Shown piece by piece: positions 25,915 to 35,408 of a stretch of 57,943 nt of DNA. The DNA lies in assembly GCA_016932555.1 (NCBI GenBank), contig JAFGCQ010000016.1, positions 1 to 57,943 on the forward strand. Direction: 5' to 3'. How positions within the stretch are numbered: the stretch's first letter is position 1; every line of letters starts with the position of its first letter. A program made the translations under genes and the position numbers. A model generated the notes under the pieces. That model searched no databases, was not told the DNA's origin, and saw only the letters and a list, made by a program, of their open reading frames with translations. This DNA comes from Candidatus Zambryskiibacteriota bacterium (GTDB lineage: Bacteria > Patescibacteriota > Minisyncoccia > Phycocordibacterales > WO2-35-19).

Positions 25915-27573
25915 ATGTTACAGGAGAAAATCAACAAAAAAAACAAGGTCTTTGTAGGTATTTTATTAATTATTATTTTTTTATTTAGTTTTGGTGTTCA
26001 CTATTCTCTTTATGAAATTAAAGGTTTTTCTCAAATTGAATATTTCAATCTTTTAATTGCCAAGAACTGGGCAGAAACAGGAGAACTTTCTTATGAAAAC
26101 GCGGAAAACGTTGTCCTCTCTACAGAAAATATAAAGATAAATGGAGTGCCAACTAATCTAGGTAATAAATTAACTTTCTATCTTTATGGCTCTATGTTCC
26201 GCGTTTTTGGTTTTCATCCTGATTTACCAATTTATACATCTTTCGTTCTATATTCGTTAGCTGTGGTTTTTATATTTTTGATTGTAAATAGAGCTTTCAA
26301 TTTAAAAACTGGCTTAACCGCTGTTTTGTTGATGAATTCGGTTCCTTTCGTTTTACCCTATTCTCAACTTGTTGGCCGACACGAATGGGCTTGGTTTTTT
26401 ATGATCCTAGCCGCTTTTTTCTATTTCTGGCCCAAAAAAAGAAAATACCAATATTTGGTTCTAAGTGGCTTATTTTTAGGTCTTTCAGCGGCTACTCGTA
26501 ATAGTTTTCTTGTAGTTTTTCCAGCGTTTTTCATTATGGAACTTTGGCAATATAGAAAATCAACTAAATTAATAATCCAAAGAGAATTAATCTTACTGTT
26601 TTCATTTTTAATCATTATTTTACCGTTAATTGGTAATAATGCTTATATAAAAGCCACACTCGGTATTTCTACGGGAGAACATTATGAATCCTTCACTAAT
26701 TTTGTTCATCTTTTTCCAGATCCATACACCTTTCATTATGAAAAAAATATTTATATAGATGAACTTATAACAAACAAAAATTCATTTTCAGGAGGTGAAT
26801 TTCGGCTTTGGGGTGATTTAGGTTCTTTTTTAGACGAATATGGTTATGATATCGGATTTTTTAAGGGAGAAATAATAACTCGCGCCTATTCTCTATTTAT
26901 TTACTTAAAAGGTCTATTTTTATCACTTATTGTATTTGGCGGTATTTTAACTTGGTTTTTAATTTTTATCGGTTTTAGAGAATTAGTGAAAAAAAAGGAA
27001 TACATCTTTCCTTTATTTGGAATAATATTCTTCATCTGTTGGCTAATTCTTTTAGTTTTTCTAAAAACTTCTAATTATACTCATTTGCTCGCTTTATCTT
27101 TGCCGATTACTATCTTAATGAGTTATGGATTAGTAAGATTATCTGAGATTATTTCCGACTCCATAACTTTCAAGAAAATAAAACCGAGTTTTATCTCTTG
27201 GGTTATTGTTTTGATATTTGTAATTATGTTTGCTCAAATAAGTTGGTGGACTATCCGCGAGCTCTCGGCAAATAGTGGATTAAAAAATTCATTGATCAAT
27301 TTTTCCAAAACAGAGCTTAAAAAATCTACCATAGACTGGAGCGAAGTTACTATGGTTGGATATAGCAAAGAAGAGACTGATCTGCTCACCTATTACCTAA
27401 ATCAAAATTTTATTTTCTTTGATGAAGAAACTGTAAAAAAATTGGCTGAGGAGAGAAAATTAAATTCAGTACTAAAAGAATATAATATTTCTGGATATAT
27501 AGGATTCGACGATAAAACTTCTGAAATTATTAAGAAAAATAGTGGTGATCTAAAAGAATACAAAATCTATTGA
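25915..27573 (+). CDS. Polytopic GT-C-fold membrane glycosyltransferase candidate (ArnT/PMT, GT39-like)
   Basis: 552 aa, about 11+ TM helices, with a C-terminal soluble ~120 aa. The call rests on architecture and context only. Confidence 0.45.
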   Translation: MLQEKINKKNKVFVGILLIIIFLFSFGVHYSLYEIKGFSQIEYFNLLIAKNWAETGELSYENAENVVLSTENIKINGVPTNLGNKLTFYLYGSMFRVFGFHPDLPIYTSFVLYSLAVVFIFLIVNRAFNLKTGLTAVLLMNSVPFVLPYSQLVGRHEWAWFFMILAAFFYFWPKKRKYQYLVLSGLFLGLSAATRNSFLVVFPAFFIMELWQYRKSTKLIIQRELILLFSFLIIILPLIGNNAYIKATLGISTGEHYESFTNFVHLFPDPYTFHYEKNIYIDELITNKNSFSGGEFRLWGDLGSFLDEYGYDIGFFKGEIITRAYSLFIYLKGLFLSLIVFGGILTWFLIFIGFRELVKKKEYIFPLFGIIFFICWLILLVFLKTSNYTHLLALSLPITILMSYGLVRLSEIISDSITFKKIKPSFISWVIVLIFVIMFAQISWWTIRELSANSGLKNSLINFSKTELKKSTIDWSEVTMVGYSKEETDLLTYYLNQNFIFFDEETVKKLAEERKLNSVLKEYNISGYIGFDDKTSEIIKKNSGDLKEYKIY

Positions 27574-28508
27574 TTAAACAGCGGTTTTTTTAAAAAACAA
27601 AATAGACCAATTAAAGCAACGAAGACAGACATAAGAAAAACCAATAATGATAACGCTACAGCTAATTCCTTGGAAACCGCAAAAACAGAAAGTAGAGATA
27701 TAAAAACTAATTCCCGCGTTCCAAGCCCAGCAACAGAAATAGGTAAAAGTGTTAAGAAAGAAGACAGAGTCACTATTGAAGCTATGTAAATAAAAGGTAC
27801 TATATTTAAGCCTACAGAAAGTGCTAGCAAATAAACAATTAAATAATAAGTAAGCCATCCTAAAAGAGTAAGGGCGAAAATCCAGGCATATTCTTTAGTA
27901 CGATAAACTTGAAGTTCATTTAAAAATTCCTGAGAATTCAACTGCCAATAATCCTTGTATTTAGGGGGAATAAAAAAATAAAAGACTTTTTTCAGAAACG
28001 CTCTTATGATTTGATTTTTGAAAACCAAAAAAATCAAAAGGACTATAAGAGCTAAAATTAGACCAATGTAAAAAATTTCACTTTTAAGGATTTGCAAAAA
28101 CAAAAACATTGAAAAATAACCGAAAATTAGGAGAAAAAAGATATCAGCTAATCTATCTAAGACAACACTCACAAAAGATTTACCAATAGAATATCCTGCC
28201 TTGGTAAGATACAATACTCTACTTGCCTCACCTAATCTGCCCGGAGTAAACATACCTATATAAACACTAGAAAGATACATAAGATATGACTCATAAACAG
28301 AATAATTTATTCCCTGTTTTCTCATTAAAAATCTCCAACGTAAAGCACGAACAAATCCAAAAAACAAAACCAATAAAACTGCTAATATAAATTTAAAAAA
28401 ATCTATTTGAGGTCGGAGTTCTTTATAATAAGAAAAATCTAATTTGCTCAAAATAAACACAAAAAGCAATATACCAATTAAAAAAGAATATTTTTTAAGA
28501 AATTTCAT
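27567..28508 (-). CDS. Lysylphosphatidylglycerol-synthase-TM-region/UPF0104 'flippase-like' membrane protein
   Basis: 313 aa. 'AVLLVLFFGFVRALRWRFLM' and 'TPGRLGEASRVLYL' are typical of the LPG_synthase_TM (TIGR00374-like) family. Confidence 0.65.
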   Translation of the reverse strand: MKFLKKYSFLIGILLFVFILSKLDFSYYKELRPQIDFFKFILAVLLVLFFGFVRALRWRFLMRKQGINYSVYESYLMYLSSVYIGMFTPGRLGEASRVLYLTKAGYSIGKSFVSVVLDRLADIFFLLIFGYFSMFLFLQILKSEIFYIGLILALIVLLIFLVFKNQIIRAFLKKVFYFFIPPKYKDYWQLNSQEFLNELQVYRTKEYAWIFALTLLGWLTYYLIVYLLALSVGLNIVPFIYIASIVTLSSFLTLLPISVAGLGTRELVFISLLSVFAVSKELAVALSLLVFLMSVFVALIGLFCFLKKPLFNQ

Positions 28509-29188
28509 TTTTTACCGACTATTATCTGATTAAGTAAAAGAAAACTTAATCCTAAAGATTTTATTATTCTTTCTATTCTTAATTCACCCGGTACACCCAT
28601 GGGTGAAAACATAAATTTATCAGCTTGGATAATTTCAAAATTTGCTTCCTTAAAAGATTTTTTAAGTTTTTCGAGATTAAACATTATATTATGTTTTTCG
28701 CCTTTTAAAAACCTGTCCCGCATAACCCAACCGATTACTCTGCCAACTTTATCAAAAAACGGATTAGGACTTGTTACTATAAAAATTCCTCCCCTTTTCA
28801 AAACCCTGTGTGCTTCCTCAAGCATTTTTTCTGGTCTCGTTACATGTTCTATTATCGCAGCTGCAATTATTACATCAAAAGTATCGGATTGAAAAGGTAA
28901 AGAATGTGCATCTCCTTGAATGATTCTTATGTTTTTATTTTTATTAGCTTTTATAAATTCACGTGATTGTTCTAATCCAATGCATTCAATAACCGGGTAT
29001 TTTTCCTTTATATCATCGAGCATTGAACCATCTGCTGCTCCTATATCTAATATTTTTTGCGGATTGTTATAATATTTATTCATTAATCTCAAAATCTCTG
29101 ACGTTCTTCGCTTTAAACGAAAATAAAAAGAATGCCCTTTATCTTTTCGTCTTTGGATATACACCTGATCTAAATTATTGTCTTCCAT
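28505..29188 (-). CDS. Class I SAM-dependent methyltransferase
   Basis: 'ILDIGAADGSM', 'DVIIAAAIIEHVTRP' and 'LKRGGIFIVTSPN'. Confidence 0.8.
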   Translation of the reverse strand: MEDNNLDQVYIQRRKDKGHSFYFRLKRRTSEILRLMNKYYNNPQKILDIGAADGSMLDDIKEKYPVIECIGLEQSREFIKANKNKNIRIIQGDAHSLPFQSDTFDVIIAAAIIEHVTRPEKMLEEAHRVLKRGGIFIVTSPNPFFDKVGRVIGWVMRDRFLKGEKHNIMFNLEKLKKSFKEANFEIIQADKFMFSPMGVPGELRIERIIKSLGLSFLLLNQIIVGKK

Positions 29189-29191
29189 GTT

Positions 29192-29554
29192 TTATCTTTT
29201 TACTATAACAACATCCCCAAAAAATTTTCTATTTTTTATTTTCACTATTTCAAAACCATTTTTTATATAAAAATTAATTGCAACTTTATTATCTTTCCTT
29301 ACTTTAGCCCAATTAGATTTTGATCGTTTTAAAAGTTCAGTTCCCACATTTTTATTACGATAATTTCTATCCGTAGCTATTAAAACTATTTCATCACCAT
29401 TTTCAATTAGAAAACCTATAATTAAATTATCAATTTCAGTAACAATTCCCGGAAAAAACAAAAAAGGTATTCGTTTAAAAAACATCGGAAAAGAATGCTT
29501 GGTAATTTTAGCAATAGTTAATATATCTTTAAAGTTTTTTTTTCTTATCCTCAT
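29192..29554 (-). CDS. GNAT-family N-acetyltransferase
   Basis: 120 aa. Motif A-like 'TDRNYRNKNVGTELLKR' and 'AINFYIKNGFE'. Confidence 0.7.
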   Translation of the reverse strand: MRIRKKNFKDILTIAKITKHSFPMFFKRIPFLFFPGIVTEIDNLIIGFLIENGDEIVLIATDRNYRNKNVGTELLKRSKSNWAKVRKDNKVAINFYIKNGFEIVKIKNRKFFGDVVIVKR

Positions 29555-30981
29555 GAAAACTTATTAAGAATTAGAGCCTTGCCCATATTTAGCTGTCGCC
29601 AAAGCTGAGTAAAACTACGTATACTAAAAAGGCGTCGGATCATATAACTTGATCTTATATAAAACTTTTTATTAGCCATTTTCACAAACTCGGTAACTTC
29701 TTTTTCTGGTAATTCTTTAGTATCTAGAGACGGTGCTCCGTCTTTTTCTTTACCTTTCATAAATCTATCCCAATATTTGCTATCAATTTGATTATTTGCA
29801 ATAGCCCATAAAAAAAGCTCCGTACCTGGAATGATAATAGTTTTGCTAAATACCGCAAAAGCCGGATCAATTTCTAAAGCTAAATCTAGAGTCTTTTGTA
29901 TAGTTTCTTTGGTTTCCTCAGGAGAGCCCATCATAAAATATCCAACCATCTCCATACCAATTTTTTTACATATTTTGGCACATTTAATTGATTGTTCTTT
30001 AGTAATTCCTTTATTGAGAACTTTGAGTATTCGGTTATCCCCCGCTTCAAATCCAAAACGTATCCGGTAACAGCCAGCTTTTTTCATCTTTGATAAAACT
30101 TCTTCATTAATCGTATCTACTCTGGAACGACATTCCCAAACGATTTTTAGTCTTCTCTTCAAAATTTCATCACATACCTCACTAACCCATTGTTTTCTTA
30201 CAATAAAATTATCGTCAAAAAACATAAACTCCCTTATATCTTCTTCCTTATAAATTTTTTCAACTTCATCTATAAGATTCTGGGGGCTCCTCACTCTCCA
30301 ATTTTTACCCATACGGTTTTTCCTATCACAAAAACTGCAATTAAATGGGCAACCTCGAGTCGCGATAACCGTAGCAAAATGTTTTTCTATGGTAAAAACA
30401 TCAAAATACCTATCTTTAGATGGCAGTAAGTGTCTGGCCGGAAATGGTATTGAATCTAAATTTTCGATCAAAGGTCTGGGATTATTTATTTTCACTTCCC
30501 CTTTCTCTTTGTAAGCCAAACCCAAAATATCTGAAAAATTGCCCTTTCCTTTTTCTAGAGCTTTTACAAGTTCGACAACTGTCACTTCGCCTTCGCTTAT
30601 TACCGCCAAATCAAAGACTCCGTACTCTAAGCTCTCTCTCGGCATGCAAGTTACGCCGGGACCGCCAACAATGAGTTTAATATTGGATTTTATTTCTTTA
30701 ATTTTTTTAGCCAAATCATTAGCTGCTACAAAAGTCCAAGTCATGATGTAAAAACCAACAACATCAGGTTGAAATTCTTTTGTTGTAGATTCAATTATAT
30801 TCCAATAGTCCTTTTCCGCATCACAATCAACTATCTTTACCCCATGCCCATTTTTTTCCAGAACTGAAGCGATATAACAAAGACCGAGCGGAGGGTATAC
30901 ACCTCGGTTTTTTTCTGTTTCTTTGGAATAATGGCCTATCTCGGCTTGAACCAAGCTGGGATTGATAAGAAGAATACGCAT
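29551..30981 (-). CDS. B12-binding-domain radical SAM protein (class B rSAM), paralog 2
   Basis: 476 aa. 'MRILLINPS...PPLGLCYIASVLEKNGHGVKIVD' and 'TRGCPFNCSFCD'. Its ATG shares 1 nt with the upstream TAA (TAATG). Confidence 0.85.
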   Translation of the reverse strand: MRILLINPSLVQAEIGHYSKETEKNRGVYPPLGLCYIASVLEKNGHGVKIVDCDAEKDYWNIIESTTKEFQPDVVGFYIMTWTFVAANDLAKKIKEIKSNIKLIVGGPGVTCMPRESLEYGVFDLAVISEGEVTVVELVKALEKGKGNFSDILGLAYKEKGEVKINNPRPLIENLDSIPFPARHLLPSKDRYFDVFTIEKHFATVIATRGCPFNCSFCDRKNRMGKNWRVRSPQNLIDEVEKIYKEEDIREFMFFDDNFIVRKQWVSEVCDEILKRRLKIVWECRSRVDTINEEVLSKMKKAGCYRIRFGFEAGDNRILKVLNKGITKEQSIKCAKICKKIGMEMVGYFMMGSPEETKETIQKTLDLALEIDPAFAVFSKTIIIPGTELFLWAIANNQIDSKYWDRFMKGKEKDGAPSLDTKELPEKEVTEFVKMANKKFYIRSSYMIRRLFSIRSFTQLWRQLNMGKALILNKFS

Positions 30982-31895
30982 TATTTTCTATAACTAATTT
31001 GATCGGCTAAAAACCCAAATATTATAATCTGGACACCAACTATTATTAAAATGGTAATAGCCGAATCTCCTAACACAGTATTCATGCCGAGCAGAATCAA
31101 AACGCCAATCCATATGCCTAAAACAATTGAAAATAAACCAACAAAGAAAAAGCTTCTTAGGGGTTTAAAATGAATGTACATTCGAAATATTATTGGTAAA
31201 ACATTCATTGGATATTTCAAACCAGCTTTTATAAAAGAATCACCAGCTTTTCTTTTTTTGAAAACAGTAGATACCTCCATAACCCTCATATGTTTACCCC
31301 AAGAATCAATAATAAGTTGTTGAGTTTCGTTATAGTCTTTTATAATATTGAAAATTTGCAAGTATCTTTTATGAAAAGCCATAAGACCGGTAGTAGCATC
31401 AGTGATTCTAAGCCCGGTAATATTAGAGACCAGCCAGGCAAAGAACTTGTTTCCGCATTTTCGATAAAAAGGCATCTTATACTCTAATCCTCCCATAAGT
31501 CGTGAGCCAAAAACACAATCCGCCCGATCTTCTAAAATTGGTCTGACTACTTTATCAATTTCTTCTGGCGGATTCTGCATATCTGCATCAATTTTTACAG
31601 CAATATCAGCCCCCATTTCATAGGCAGTTTGCATACCTGTTCTAGTAGAAGCTCCTAGCCCTCGATTGTAAGGATGAACAACAATCTTTTTAACTCCAGC
31701 CTCTTTGGCTAACTGCGCAGTCTTATCTTTAGAACCATCATCAACGACAATAGTTTCTAATACATAATCTTGATTTTCGCCAGCTACATAGAGTTCGCTT
31801 ATTTTTTTAATCACATCAACAATTGAGTCCTCTTCGTTGTAAGCTGGTATAAAAACTACCACATAAGGTAGATGATATTTTTCAAATTTAGCCAT
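30981..31895 (-). CDS. GT2 polyprenyl-phosphate sugar synthase-like glycosyltransferase (ArnC/GtrB/DPM1-like) with C-terminal TM helices
   Basis: 'VVFIPAYNEEDSI', 'VVDDGSKDKT', 'KIDADMQNPPEE', and two C-terminal hydrophobic helices. Confidence 0.8.
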   Translation of the reverse strand: MAKFEKYHLPYVVVFIPAYNEEDSIVDVIKKISELYVAGENQDYVLETIVVDDGSKDKTAQLAKEAGVKKIVVHPYNRGLGASTRTGMQTAYEMGADIAVKIDADMQNPPEEIDKVVRPILEDRADCVFGSRLMGGLEYKMPFYRKCGNKFFAWLVSNITGLRITDATTGLMAFHKRYLQIFNIIKDYNETQQLIIDSWGKHMRVMEVSTVFKKRKAGDSFIKAGLKYPMNVLPIIFRMYIHFKPLRSFFFVGLFSIVLGIWIGVLILLGMNTVLGDSAITILIIVGVQIIIFGFLADQISYRK

Positions 31896-33015
31896 GTTGA
31901 ATAATATTTTTTATTAATTTTATCATATAATCCAATTGTTTCTTTGTCATTCCTGGATACATTGGTAAAGTAACGATTGATTTTGAAAGTTTTTCGGTTA
32001 TTGGTAAATCACCTTTTTTGTAGCCATAATTTTTCATATAAAATGTTTGAAGATGCACGGGAGGGTCAAAATGAACAGAAGCTTCAATACCATTTTGCTT
32101 TAGTTTTCTCACAAATTCATCCCTGTTACCCCTTTTCAGCTTTATTGTATACATTTGGTAAACATTTTTACAATCCTTAGCTTCTGTAGGAGTTTCAATT
32201 TCTGAGATATCTTTTAAATGCTTAGTCAAATAAGCCGCCTGCTTTCTTCTCATATTATTCATTTTGTCTATCTTTGACATCTGTTCAACCCCAATAGCAG
32301 CCAAAAGATTGCTCATCCTAAAATTATAACCCGCCATCGTGGCAGATCTAAACCAAGGCTTAGCTGCCTTAATTCTTTGACTAGTAGATTTAGATATACC
32401 ATGACCAACCAAAGTTTGGATTTGCGTCAATAGATTTTTATCATTGGTTGTAACCATACCACCTTCACCAGTAGTAATATTTTTGGTTGGAAAGAAAGAA
32501 AAACAGCCGATAGTAAATGATCCAGTCTTTTTATTTTTAAAAGTAGCCCCTATCGCCTCAGCAGAATCCTCTATAACATAAAGTTTGTGCTTCTTGGCGA
32601 TTTCTATAATCTTATCCATCTTACAGGCTTGTCCGGCAAAATGTACTGGCATTATAGCTTCTGTATTTTTAGTAATCTTTTTTTCGATGTCATTCGGATC
32701 AATATTTCCAGTAGCAAAATCTATCTCGGCAAATACCGGCTTGGCACCAGCGGCAACAACGGCATTAGACGAAGCTACAAAAGTAAAACTTGGCAATATA
32801 ACTTCACCCTTTATGCCTAATGTCTTTATAACAACAAAAAGTGCTGAAGCGCAAGAATTCATACTTAAGGCATACTTGGAACCTATATATCGAGCAAATT
32901 TTTCTTCGAACTCTTTATTTTTTGGTCCATGAGTTAACCAGCCTGAATTAAGAACAGCATCAACGGCTTTATGTTCTTTATCGTCAATAAAAGTTTTTGA
33001 CAGAGGAATTTTCAT
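31888..33015 (-). CDS. DegT/DnrJ/EryC1/StrS-family sugar aminotransferase (ArnB-like)
   Basis: 375 aa. 'SGWLTHGPKNKEFEEKFA', 'VIEDSAEAIGA' and 'SFFPTKNITTGEGGMV'. Confidence 0.85.
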   Translation of the reverse strand: MKIPLSKTFIDDKEHKAVDAVLNSGWLTHGPKNKEFEEKFARYIGSKYALSMNSCASALFVVIKTLGIKGEVILPSFTFVASSNAVVAAGAKPVFAEIDFATGNIDPNDIEKKITKNTEAIMPVHFAGQACKMDKIIEIAKKHKLYVIEDSAEAIGATFKNKKTGSFTIGCFSFFPTKNITTGEGGMVTTNDKNLLTQIQTLVGHGISKSTSQRIKAAKPWFRSATMAGYNFRMSNLLAAIGVEQMSKIDKMNNMRRKQAAYLTKHLKDISEIETPTEAKDCKNVYQMYTIKLKRGNRDEFVRKLKQNGIEASVHFDPPVHLQTFYMKNYGYKKGDLPITEKLSKSIVTLPMYPGMTKKQLDYMIKLIKNIIQHG

Positions 33016-34010
33016 TATTTTTTAAAAGCTTTTTTAAACAAACCAGTGGTTTTTATATAATTCACATATTCTTTCAATCCTTCTTCTAGTTGATACTTAG
33101 GCTCATAACCAAGAAGTTTCCTGGCTTTGGAAATATCTAGAGAACCTCTTATTGGCCGGTTTAAATCAGTCGGTTTGATTTCAGTCTTTACTTTTATAGG
33201 AAGAATTTTATCTAAAATTTCAGCAAATTCCTTGGCACTTTTACCTTCTCCGGCCGTAATATTAAAAGTTTGATTTGCTGCATTTGGTGATAATGTGGCC
33301 AAAACAAATCCATGAGCAATGTCTGTGATATAAGTAAAATCTACTTTATCTTCTCCTCCATTATACAATCCTAAGGTCTCACCAAGCAAAGCTTTCTCCA
33401 AAAAAATTTGACTAACTCGACGATTAACATCAGTAGGACCATAAACCGCTGAAGGCCTTATTATAACATGCTCAATGCCGAATTTTTTACTAAAACTCCT
33501 GCTTAAAATCTCGCACGAGAGCTTAGTGCCTCCATATATATCAATAGGCAAAGTTGGATGATCTTCGTCTGCTGGATCGTACTTAAAATGACCGTAAACA
33601 AAACTTGATGAAGAATATAAAAATCTCTCTACCGAATTAGAATACCTTATTGCTTCTAAAACATTGATATGACCATTGAGATTTATTTGGATAGCATCTT
33701 CAAAAAATTCATCTGAAGCGGTAGCTAAGGGGATAGCGACCATATTTATAACTATTTCTGGTTTGAAATCCCTCATAGTATCTATCAATTTGGGTTTATC
33801 ATAAACATCACCACGAACAATTTTTGCTTTATCTTTAATTCTCTTTAATCTTTTAGGCAAATAAAAATTATAGAAACTTTGTTCTCTGGGGATGTAGCAG
33901 GAAAAATTATCATAAACTAAAACTTTATGATTAAGAGTTAGTAATTCTTTGGCAATATTTGAACCAATAAAACCGGCTCCGCCAATTATCATAACCTTTT
34001 TGGCTTTCAT
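33015..34010 (-). CDS. NAD-dependent NDP-sugar epimerase/dehydratase (SDR)
   Basis: 'VMIIGGAGFIGSNI' and catalytic 'YGGTKLSCE'. Confidence 0.8.
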   Translation of the reverse strand: MKAKKVMIIGGAGFIGSNIAKELLTLNHKVLVYDNFSCYIPREQSFYNFYLPKRLKRIKDKAKIVRGDVYDKPKLIDTMRDFKPEIVINMVAIPLATASDEFFEDAIQINLNGHINVLEAIRYSNSVERFLYSSSSFVYGHFKYDPADEDHPTLPIDIYGGTKLSCEILSRSFSKKFGIEHVIIRPSAVYGPTDVNRRVSQIFLEKALLGETLGLYNGGEDKVDFTYITDIAHGFVLATLSPNAANQTFNITAGEGKSAKEFAEILDKILPIKVKTEIKPTDLNRPIRGSLDISKARKLLGYEPKYQLEEGLKEYVNYIKTTGLFKKAFKK

Positions 34011-34052
34011 TACACCTTAAATCTATCATTTGATTGATTTTTTGCAACTTCT

Positions 34053-35402
34053 TTACAAAAGCCATTTGTTTAATAATTTTTCTTTAAAATGCTCGAAATT
34101 TGTGAGACCATCAACAACGCCATTAACTAAAATAATGGCAAGAGATAGACCTAAAATTTTAAACCATTCTTTATTTTTTTCCTTTAAGCTCAAAATAAAG
34201 TAGGAAGTAAAAACAGCCAACAGTGGGTAAATCTGGAAGCGATAGCGAGTTTCTACTACCGTAATAAACAAAATTAAAGGTGTTAAGATGGTAAAAGCTA
34301 ATAAATAATATAGAAATTTTTCTTTTAATTTAAAAGCTCGAATAATACCAGCCAAACTAAAAATTAAAACCAAAAATGAAAAAATAGCAGAACTTAAAAC
34401 AAAGAGAGCCTGCTTCCAGCCCGAACTGTAAAACCAAAACCCCATCGGCCTCAAAACGCTGAAATATTTATTTGCTCTAGATAAACTTAAAGTAACAAAG
34501 TTTGCCGGATGATTAAAAACATAATTTTTAAACTCAGTAATTGATTTTTCATTTATTTCTTTCATATCGTGGGTATTTATAAAAGTATCTATTTCTTCAT
34601 TTGTTTCTTGTTCTCCGTTAGCTCCAACATGATTGCCTATCCAAAAATTAGCCGAACCCGCTACACCAAAAGGTATAATATTTTTATGAATTGAATAATT
34701 TCTTACAGTCCAAGGAGTAAAAACAACTATCAATATAAACCCATAAATAAATAAACTTTTCCAGTCTTTTTTTCTTAAGAAATAAAAGATTACAACTGGT
34801 AATATAAATAACAAAGGAGGTCTAGCTAAAACCGCCAAACTACTAATAAAACCCAGTCCCCAAAGCCATTTTTTATCTTGGACATTTAGATATTTAAAAA
34901 ATGCGTAGAAAAATAAACATACAAAAAAAAGATACAAAGTTTCTGACATTAACATAGCTGATATTTCTATAAGATCGGGGTAAAAAGCAAAAACAGCAGC
35001 AGATAAAAGGGCTATTTTTTTCTTTTTTTCTTGATCCTTAAAGATCAGTATAACCGTTAGATATAGAAATAATGTACTGACAACTCTCAATAAAGCTTGA
35101 ATTATCCAAACTGCTTTATAAGAATGCCCAAAAATTTTATAGATACCCGCTAGAAAGTATTCATAAATCGGACCGACTCTTAGGAGTGCATTGTCACTGT
35201 TTATCGATACTTCAGGATTTTCGCGATATCCTATCCCATTAACAATATTTTGAGCTATAGTATCATAAGCATCAGCATCAACTAATGGTGTAATTTGAAA
35301 ATAAAAAGCGTAACTAATACTCAAAATAAAACAAGCTAAAAGTATACCAATCAGCCATTTATTTTGAGAAATAAAATCTTTTACATTATTTTTATTGATC
35401 AT
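34053..35402 (-). CDS. GT-C membrane glycosyltransferase, family 39 / ArnT-like
   Basis: 449 aa. The first-loop acidic motif 'PLVDADAYDTIAQNIVNGIGY' and the ~11 TM architecture are typical of ArnT/PMT_2 proteins. Confidence 0.7.
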   Translation of the reverse strand: MINKNNVKDFISQNKWLIGILLACFILSISYAFYFQITPLVDADAYDTIAQNIVNGIGYRENPEVSINSDNALLRVGPIYEYFLAGIYKIFGHSYKAVWIIQALLRVVSTLFLYLTVILIFKDQEKKKKIALLSAAVFAFYPDLIEISAMLMSETLYLFFVCLFFYAFFKYLNVQDKKWLWGLGFISSLAVLARPPLLFILPVVIFYFLRKKDWKSLFIYGFILIVVFTPWTVRNYSIHKNIIPFGVAGSANFWIGNHVGANGEQETNEEIDTFINTHDMKEINEKSITEFKNYVFNHPANFVTLSLSRANKYFSVLRPMGFWFYSSGWKQALFVLSSAIFSFLVLIFSLAGIIRAFKLKEKFLYYLLAFTILTPLILFITVVETRYRFQIYPLLAVFTSYFILSLKEKNKEWFKILGLSLAIILVNGVVDGLTNFEHFKEKLLNKWLL

Positions 35403-35408
35403 TTTTAT

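Noticed and set aside
27574-27858. Same-strand alternative-frame ORFs (27574..27858, 38650..38925, 42117..42347, 50249..50437).
   Set aside because: They are fully nested in or overlapping strongly supported CDSs (LPG-synthase-TM-like, methyltransferase, rSAM-4, SecD). Their translations look like frame-shifted noise.
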